Shown here: in pieces, positions 55,950-64,000 of the stretch | Numbering within the stretch: the first letter of the stretch is position 1 | Layout of the letters: each line of letters begins with the position of its first letter | Source of the DNA: Eledone cirrhosa | Lineage: Eukaryota | DNA length: 64,000 nt | Direction of reading: 5' to 3' | Assembly (NCBI GenBank): GCA_964016885.1 | Contig: OZ024742.1 | Coordinates: 287,432,001-287,496,000, forward strand | Notes under the pieces: generated by a model | The model's database searches: none | What the model was told of the DNA's origin: nothing | What the model saw: the letters and a program-made list of their open reading frames with translations, nothing else | Made by a program: the position numbers and the translations under genes

Positions 55950-56876
55950 GAGACGGACCTTCTTGACTTAGTCGCTAACATTTCCTTTCGCAAACACACT
56001 AACACCTTTCAAACGAAACTCAGAAACGATATTAAGAAATTTAGGTCTTCTAATAACACCTTCGTCCTTTCCGACAAAACCAATAATATTTACGAAGTCA
56101 ACAACACCACTTTCCGCCACCTGGCCCATAACGCTATTACTTCTAAATATAAGAAAGTTAACCCTATGGCCTACCACGACATTAATACACAATCCAAGGA
56201 ATCGCCACCGACCTTAAGGTAGATAAGAAGCTACAATCTCTAGCTAAGCGGGAGGAATTCCTCACCCTGAAAGATCACAAGGTAGACTTTACTTCTAACC
56301 CCACATGTAGACTAATAAACCTGGCACGCACAGATATGGGACTAGTCAGTAAGGCCATACTTAGAAACATAGTTAAGACCATTAGGACCAAGTCCAACCT
56401 GCCCGAGTGGGAGAACAGCGACTCCGTAATTAAGTGGTTTAACTCCTTAAAATCCCAAAAAGCGAAGTTCACACAGTTTGACATTGTCGATTTTTACCCG
56501 TCGATCTCAGAGACCCTGTTAAACAAAGCGTTGGACTTCGCTACCACTTATACCAACGTCGATGGTTTAGACAGGGAAATCATCGCTCACTGCCGGAAAA
56601 CCCTCCTCTTCAACGACGGAGTAGCCTGGGCAAAGAAGTCTACATCTTCAGACCTGTTCGACGTCTCCATCGGATCGTTTGACAGTGCTGACCTATGTGA
56701 CTTGGTTGGCCTTTTTATCTTAGACATATTACGTGTTAGATACCCGGACTTCCACACGGGAATATACCGTGACGATGGACTGACTTTATCGAGCCATAAA
56801 AGTGGTCACGACCTCGACCGGTTTAAAAAAGACTTAGCTTCTACCTTCAATGAATTAGGCCTAAGGATAACAGTAG
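55950..56876 (+). mobile_element. Penelope-like (Naiad-type) RT fragment
   Basis: SDKTNNIYE, TLKDHKVDF..PTCRLIN, FTQFDIVDFYPSI, GSFDSADLCDLVG, GIYRDDGL, LGLRITV. Confidence 0.85.
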
Positions 56877-57191
56877 CCCCCCCCCCCCCTACTACTATCT
56901 ACCATATCTTTAATACATACACACCCACCACCATTATCCTTTACCCAGATCAATTTTTAATTATATACCCTTATCCAGATCTCATCACAAACACTTACTC
57001 TCTACTACAACTTTTACACCCCTTTTCTCCCTTACCTGTTCTTAGTAATTGTTTTTATTATTTTATTTCAGTTTTACTCCCATTTGTCCTTACTTACCCA
57101 GTAGGCTTTTAAGCGTACTCACATAAGGTTATATGTGGGCGCATATGCAGACAGGCTTATGTGTACTTACATTTATACGTGTTTTTATATT

Positions 57192-57223
<32 letters not shown>

Positions 57224-57282
57224 TGTATGTATGTATGTATGTATGTATGTATGTATGTATGTATGTATGTATGTATGTATGT

Positions 57283-57322
<40 letters not shown>

Positions 57323-58122
57323 GTGCGTGTGTGCGTGCGTGCGTGCGTATATATGTGTGTGTGTTTGTATATATATATATGTATATATTTGTTTATATGT
57401 ATTTGTATATATGTATGCATGTGTTTGTATATATGTTTTCGTGTATATGTGTATATATGTTATATGTGTGTATGGATTTACGTATATGTTTATTTGTATG
57501 CGTGTGTTGATTTCTTATTGCGTGCGTGTGTGCGCATGCGTATGTGTACGTATGTACGTGGGTTATGTACCTTTTAGATTCATTTATCTATTTTATTGTA
57601 GTGTTTTTTTGTATGTGTATGCATGTGGATGTGTGTGTATATGTATGTATGTGTGTATATATATGTGTGTGTGTGTGTATGCACATGTATGTGTATGTGT
57701 ACGTATATTTATTTTATATACATATGTAGCGACTAGCGGCACCTTGCCCATATATAAATGTGTGTGTTTGCATGTGTGTAGAGGTATATTTGCATGTATA
57801 TGTGTATATGTGTATGTATGTGTGTGTGTATATATATTACGCAACCAGGAACTGGGCATATCAGAGTATTGACAAAATTATACACCTCAACAACATATGT
57901 ACTTGTCTATACCACACTAATTCGGACTGCCTGAAGAGGTCACAGACAAAGATGGCTCTCACCGAAATATATATAGCAGTAGTAAACGAAGCTAAATTTT
58001 AAACATTTGACTTTTTATTTTACTTTATTTTACATTACTCCGGCGTAACCAAACCAATCTGCGCACTTCGTCGAGTGCTCCAGTCTGCATACTGAGGTGT
58101 TGGTATACAACCAACATATACT

Positions 58123-58179
<57 letters not shown>

Positions 58180-58977
58180 TTCAAAATATTAATAAATATA
58201 GACATTCATGTGATCAAATATATTTTATTATATATATTTCAGAGGTACTGTGCTGTTTCCTCAGTACGTCCTCATCAGATAAAATAAATTGATGTCTGAC
58301 ATACCTCAACTGTGCTGATGGTTCAATTCCAGTCTTGGAATATATACATACATTTTTTGTATTTTTTGTTCCTATTTATTTATTTATTCCTGCTTCCTAA
58401 CTACTGCCCGTATCTGTGTGTACATTTTTGAGTGCATATATATTTGTGTATATGCATGTGTATGTATTTTTGTATATATCTGTGTATATGTATGTGTATG
58501 TATTTATGTTCCTGTCCGTATTTCTATGTACACGCAAATACGCTTATGCGAGAAAGTATACGTCTACGTCCTTTTTAGTATATGCGTGTAGTTGAGTGTG
58601 TGTATGTTTACGTTCTGGATATTTATATTTTTATATATATATTTTTTGATTTTTTTCCCCTATTTCCTTTTCGCCCGTTTTTTTTTAGCCTCACTTTCAT
58701 ATTTCCTAAATTTTTGTTTCCAAAATACACCATGTTTTTATATTTTTTCTAACGACTGAAGACAGACACAACACCTGTCTTCAAGAAACCACTGGTAAAT
58801 GAAATAATTATCTTATGTTGTTTATTACATAACTAATAAGCTCTGTTGTCTTCATAGAGCACTCTTTTTTCCGGTACCTTTCTGACGGAAATGCTTCATT
58901 TATATATATATACATATATGTGCATACACACACATATATATATGTGTGTAGATTTATATATATATATACACACACAC

Positions 58978-59030
<53 letters not shown>

Positions 59031-59067
59031 ATTAAATAAATGGAAACTATATTTATAAAACCATATT

Positions 59068-59130
59068 TATTTCGTTATATATATTTCAGGGATATCATAT
59101 TAACAATATGTTATGTCTTCAGACAAAATA
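59068..59130 (-). ncRNA. Type I hammerhead motif, diverged homologue of 39033-39102
   Basis: TATTTTGT-CTGAAGA...GAAA-TATATA-TA|ACGAAATA; compensatory A-U to G-C pair in stem I; the base of stem II is damaged. Confidence 0.6.
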
Positions 59131-59257
59131 CAATATAAACAGTCTTATAAATAAATAAATAGATACGACATACCTTTCAATCACCTTGCATTTGAGTGCT
59201 TTTATATCAGTTATAAATATTTACTCGTTGTTAACCCAACAATTTAAATATAACTTT

Positions 59258-59295
<38 letters not shown>

Positions 59296-59417
59296 CCATA
59301 TATATATATATAGTTTAAGTTCACGTCAGTGGCAAGGTGTAGAGCTTGACAGAGTGTAATATAATAATATAATAATACAAGGGCGATTTGTTCAGCCTTC
59401 ATTACGGGTTATTGATT

Positions 59418-59500
59418 GGTGACGCGTTTCGCTGTTGATCATCTCAAGGTTCGATCTGCATCGATCTGGCCCGACTCTGGAATCAAAAGCTCGTCGGACC
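59418..59500 (-). ncRNA. Hammerhead motif, C4 variant
   Basis: GGT-CCGACGA-GCT...AGC-GAAA-CGCG-TC|ACC. Confidence 0.5.
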
Positions 59501-59637
59501 TCTGCTGTAGTAATATCAAAACAACAGCTCCTGATTATTACTGGAATTCTATAAGAATCCATTTTCTATAATTTTCGGCGAGAGCAGGGGAGTGTTTGGT
59601 TTTGATAAACGCCAACAAGCGAGAAACACACTGTCAA

Positions 59638-59698
<61 letters not shown>

Positions 59699-59834
59699 TA
59701 CACACACATATGTATGTATTACACACATTTACATATTTTTGGATGGCCGTTGACCCTTATGAGTTCTTTCGCTCTTTGTCAGGTATTGTTTTTTTGTCCT
59801 GCAGAGTGTCCAATATCACCCTCCTCACCAAGTA

Positions 59835-60356
59835 AACTTGGTGGGGTTACCAGTTTAGTCGCCGACGACCCCACCATGCAACAGGTTGTACTGGGTTACA
59901 TGTTGCGAGTATCACTCAAGAGTATAAATATGTATGTACACATGTACATATGTATGTATATGTATATGTGTATATGCATGTGTGCATGTGTATGTATATA
60001 CACGGGGACATAGAAATAGTCTGGCTAGATACCCGATCGCGTGGTTAAACTACTGGGAGTGAAGGGCCCCTAGCCTTTGTCAGGGCATTCTTCTAGGAGA
60101 AAGCAACTCAGGAAACTGGGATGACTCCGACATAAAACCTGCGTCTCAGTAGTTACCGATGATGTTGATCTTTTCTCCTTTTCGGGTTATAGCTACTGTC
60201 GCTCAGAGAGTGGGATTGGCTCAGTGCACAGTCTTTCCTCACTAAAAAAAAAAAAAATCTTTACGCACAGGCATTGCACGATAGAATAAATTAATAATTA
60301 TTAATAATGGTATGTCGTGCAATGGCCATACTCGATAACGAGGGGGCAGCCATCAT
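59835..60356 (+). mobile_element. Non-autonomous RTE-related element
   Basis: The 3' part GCACAGTCTTTCCTCACT...GGCCATACTCGA...GCAGCCATCAT matches 63474-63600 and resembles the 3' end at 63400. Confidence 0.55.
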
Positions 60357-60841
60357 GTGTATGTATACACACACAAACATATATATATATATATATGTAT
60401 ATATGTGAGTGTGTGTTTATGCATAGATCTAGCGATCCATCCACACATGCATATATATATATATACATAAAAAAATAGATAAAAACTAATTGAACATAGA
60501 ACACTACCCGATGAAATTATCGATAAAAAAAAAATCTCGATTCCATCTAAGAAAAATTATACATGACACAATTAATCGGAAAAAGAGAAGACCTTATAAA
60601 AAGACTGAGAAGTATGTTTATTGAAGTGACACAGGCATACCTGCAAACCCTGTAGACAACAACTGTAAATTCAGATGAGGACGAGGAGGAGGGACCAATA
60701 GAGAACGCCATTTGAAATAAATATTTTCAGTCTTGTAAAAAGAGGAACATTTTGAAAGGTTTATAACTGCTTCAAAGAAGCATTTGACATCTTGAAGTAA
60801 TTCCGAAATATATTGTCAGATTACACCAAAGAATTTATGGT

Positions 60842-60941
<100 letters not shown>

Positions 60942-60947
60942 TATATA

Positions 60948-61170
60948 CAGGGTGTCCTCCCCCCCAAAAAAAAAGAATGTATACACAACAAAATCATTAA
61001 AATACGTATTCAAATAAATTCTGTTTTATATGCATTATATATTTTTGGGTGTTTACATACAACTGAATTATGTCTGTAGATAATTTTAATTTTGGGAAAG
61101 GCTGTGCATTCTAATTAATATTGTCTATACTAGTAATCAAAGTGTATATACATTCTTCTGGGACACCCTG
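60948..61170. mobile_element. Tc1/mariner-type MITE
   Basis: TIRs CAGGGTGTCC...AAGAATGTATAC / TATACATTCTT...GGACACCCTG; TA on both sides. Confidence 0.85.
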
Positions 61171-61277
61171 TATATATATATATTAATATATTTCTCTCTC
61201 TATTTATATATATATATATAGAGAGAGAGAGAATAGAAAACGAAAAATCAGTGATGCATCTGAACTCAATTTATTGT

Positions 61278-61365
61278 GTGTTACAATTGTTTCGCCGGCA
61301 GACAGCTCGAGACGCGATCATTGTGTGGATCTGTCCGATTCTGGACCCGCAGGTTCGACGGACAC
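61278..61365 (-). ncRNA. Degenerate hammerhead motif (C4 family, distant)
   Basis: GTGT-CCGTCGA...GAAA-CAATTG-TA|ACAC; palindromic ACAATTGT; A6 is mutated. Confidence 0.45.
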
Positions 61366-61464
61366 GTCTAATGATTTCGGAGCATATTCTCTCACTGCTC
61401 TGTAAGAGCATAGAGTGCTCAATCGGCATACCGCTTATGGAAGCATCTTAGCTACCATCAGACA

Positions 61465-61575
<111 letters not shown>

Positions 61576-61693
61576 TGGAAAGACCAATGGAAACGTTGTT
61601 TCCTCGGTCCGATATATATGTATATAAGTCGATATATATGTATATATATATATATATAGGAAAAGAGTGAGGACCCCGACGGCTGGGCTCCGG

Positions 61694-61743
61694 CCGTTTC
61701 GACAGCTAGATCCGAACAGTTCGGATTTAGCTGTCGAAACGGC
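61694..61743. repeat. Hairpin related to the 47173 palindrome family
   Basis: GCCGTTTCGACAGCTAGATCCGAAC-A-GTTCGGATTTAGCTGTCGAAACGGC, preceded by GACCCCGACGGC. Confidence 0.75.
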
Positions 61744-62319
61744 GCAATCACGGGCAGCTCTATACACCTAGAGTCTAAAGCTATAGACACCAATCTTAAG
61801 ACAGCAAAGTAGAATCTTTTGTCCAACTTACACATTATTTTTTTTTTATTGTGAAAGACTGTATTTTCTGGAACCTAAAATGCTGACTAAGCCCTGAAAA
61901 AAAAAAAGAAATTAAAAAATAAAATAAAAAGCTGAATTAGGAATACTTAGCAAGCATATTCTAGATAGAAATATACTTAAAAGAAATAATGAAATATCTT
62001 TTCTTTGATGGAACAATAGCATGTAACGGAATGGCTTCGTAGTTTTTATAAGAAAGTAAATTTACTCATTTTTTAAAAATCTTTCAATAACTAAATCTCT
62101 TCACGTCGATTGTAAATCTGATATCAAAATAATTACACGCGCAAGGAAATTCCTTGTGTTAAAATACTTCATCCTAAATAAAATAAAAATGGAGGAAGTT
62201 TGATGTTTGTATGAATGGGTTTTAAATTTGAATTTTAGACAACTTTTTTTTGGACATTTTTTTTTTTTTGCAAAAACAAAATTTACAATGAGAGATCATC
62301 ACAGATATAACGAACATTT

Positions 62320-62460
62320 ACGCACAATGAATGGACATGAGTTAAATACGGTTTGCAAATATCTCATAAAATTGTTTAGTAAACTAGGTTTAGGAACTAC
62401 TGTTGATACTAATCGTAGCATAGTTAACGTTTTAGATATCGCCATAAATTTACATCTTGC
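62320..62460 (+). pseudogene. Penelope-like RT fragment
   Basis: NGHELNTVCKYLIKLFSKLGLGTTVDTNRSIVNVLDIAINL is collinear with the post-YRDD region of 56336-56876. Confidence 0.6.
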
Positions 62461-62789
62461 CAACAGAACGACTCCCTAATCTGTCACGAAAACTGGCATT
62501 ACAAGTGCAATACCTCCCCAATGCGCGAAATTGTACGCAGATAATGTGGCTGACGAGGTAAGGATGCAGTTATCTGTTCGTCTTATATAACTGTGGGCAT
62601 TTCCGGCTCACATACATGCATTTATATGTCTTTCAACTCTCAGTATATCTATCTTTATAAGTGAGAAGTAATAGTGATTCAAAATTTCATATTCAATTAT
62701 ATATATTTATAAACTGGAAGTGAGGAGAAAGGAAAAAGGGGGGAACAAAGCAAAAAGTAAATTTAAAAAGATAAGAACGGAATGGGAAC

Positions 62790-63628
62790 AAACTCTATTC
62801 TTTTGGCAGGATGAGGTATCTCGGCTGTGCCCCACGGACAGGATGGCTTAAGAATTGCTGCGGAGAACAGCCAGCGATATCTGATTCATTAACAATTTCA
62901 CTTCACAGGGCTTCTTTCTCAGGCGAGATGCCCACTTCTTGATTTGGGGGAAGAAGACAACTAACCTGGGACCAAGGAAACTGGAGGTCTCGATCTCCGC
63001 CTACCATGTATGTATGTATGTATGTATGTATGGAGAAAGAAAACTCTGATATAACACCTGCAACCCTGATGGTATCCAATGATGTTGACTTGTTCTTCTT
63101 TTTGGTAAATATCATCTTGGTTAAGAGAGTGGGGCTGGTTTTGTGCATTGCCTTTGCTCACTATAAAAGCTTCACGGCACAGGCATTGCTTTATATCTGG
63201 AGATCTCTCTGCACTTGTCGTCACATGGTACCATGGGCCCAGCACTATGTGTCAATAATTGTCACAAGTGTAGTGTTTGTACCAGAGTTTTCAAGTCACT
63301 GGCTGGACTAAAAAGTCACACTCGTTCAGCGCATCGGTAGGGGTTCTGCTACATGGATATAAAGTAGTGGCTGTACTCGAAAACGAGTTGGCAGCCACCA
63401 TGTATGTATGTATGTATGTATGTATGTATGTATGTATGTATGTATGTATGTATGTATGTATGTATGTATGTATGCACAGTCTTTCCTCACTTTAAAAAAT
63501 ATCTTCACGCACAGGCATTGCACGATAGAATTAATTAATAATTATTAATATATTATTAGTATATCGTGCAATGGCCATACTCGAGGGGCCAGCCATCATC
63601 ATGTATGTATGTATGTATGTATGTATGC
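62790..63628 (+). mobile_element. Three stacked retroelement 3' ends separated by (ATGT)n
   Basis: Units end at 63006 (CGCCTACC), 63400 (GCAGCCACC) and 63600 (CAGCCATCATC), each followed by (ATGT)n. Confidence 0.65.
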
Positions 63629-64000
63629 GCGCGCATGTGTGTGTGCATGCGAAAAGTAAATGGATGAACACAGGGAAACGATTCAGTACAGTGAAGATAT
63701 ACATTAGTTCAGTGCTTGATATACTAGGAAAAGTGTCTTAATGTTTCGGGCATGAGTATTTCATCAGAAGATGAATAAGATATAAAAGAAGAAATAGAAA
63801 GATAGACGAGGGTAAGGAGAAGAAAATGAAAACAAATCTTTCGGAGAGAAAGCAGGTGTGTGCTTAGTAATTTATTTTGGGAGTGCTGGTCAGAATGTAT
63901 CTTAGATATAAACGAAGATTTGAAAACTGGATAATCATTGTGTATTTTGACTGGACATGTGTGTGTGTGTGCATGTGCGTGCATGTGTATCTGTATGTGT

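Noticed and set aside
55950-56876. Selenocysteine recoding, as reported for some Naiad elements
   Set aside because: No conserved in-frame TGA or SECIS is identifiable in these fragments.
58240-58285. Minus-strand CTGATGAGGAC...GAAAC (also CTGAAGA...GAAACCACTGGTA at ~58756-58800)
   Set aside because: Stem I and stem II pairing is not supported.
63735-63772. Minus-strand CTGATGA...GAAAC
   Set aside because: Stem II does not pair and stem III appears deleted; at most a relic.

Overview
AT-rich eukaryotic (animal) intergenic or intronic DNA. The SINE and microsatellite landscape looks cephalopod/octopus-like, which is an inference. I cannot support any host protein-coding gene, and most ORFs in the track are microsatellite or antisense artefacts. 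The dominant structure is a ~15.7-kb head-to-tail array (14246-29908) of five Tx1-clade non-LTR retrotransposons from several diverged subfamilies, two full-length and three 5'-truncated. Every junction is (TATC)n, and a sixth solo copy at 43766-44640 is also flanked by (TATC)n/(GATA)n on both sides. This points to a (TATC)n-specific Tx1 lineage with no poly(A) tail and a covarying three-hairpin 3' UTR. A second layer is a set of Penelope-like element (PLE) remnants: RT and GIY-YIG fragments, fold-back inverted repeats sitting in (TA)n, and at least seven type I hammerhead ribozyme motifs with palindromic stem III. These include a near-canonical one at 39033-39102, a U3-A8 core variant at 8485-8576 and a C4 variant family. 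Also present are a (TA)n-associated RTE family (one full-length copy, two with twin-priming inversions), RTE-like 3' ends stacked in (TATG)n, non-autonomous Helitrons, a Tc1/mariner MITE, a HERO-like relic, many tRNA-derived SINEs and a ~2.1-kb local duplication. All structures were folded and aligned by eye; none was computed.
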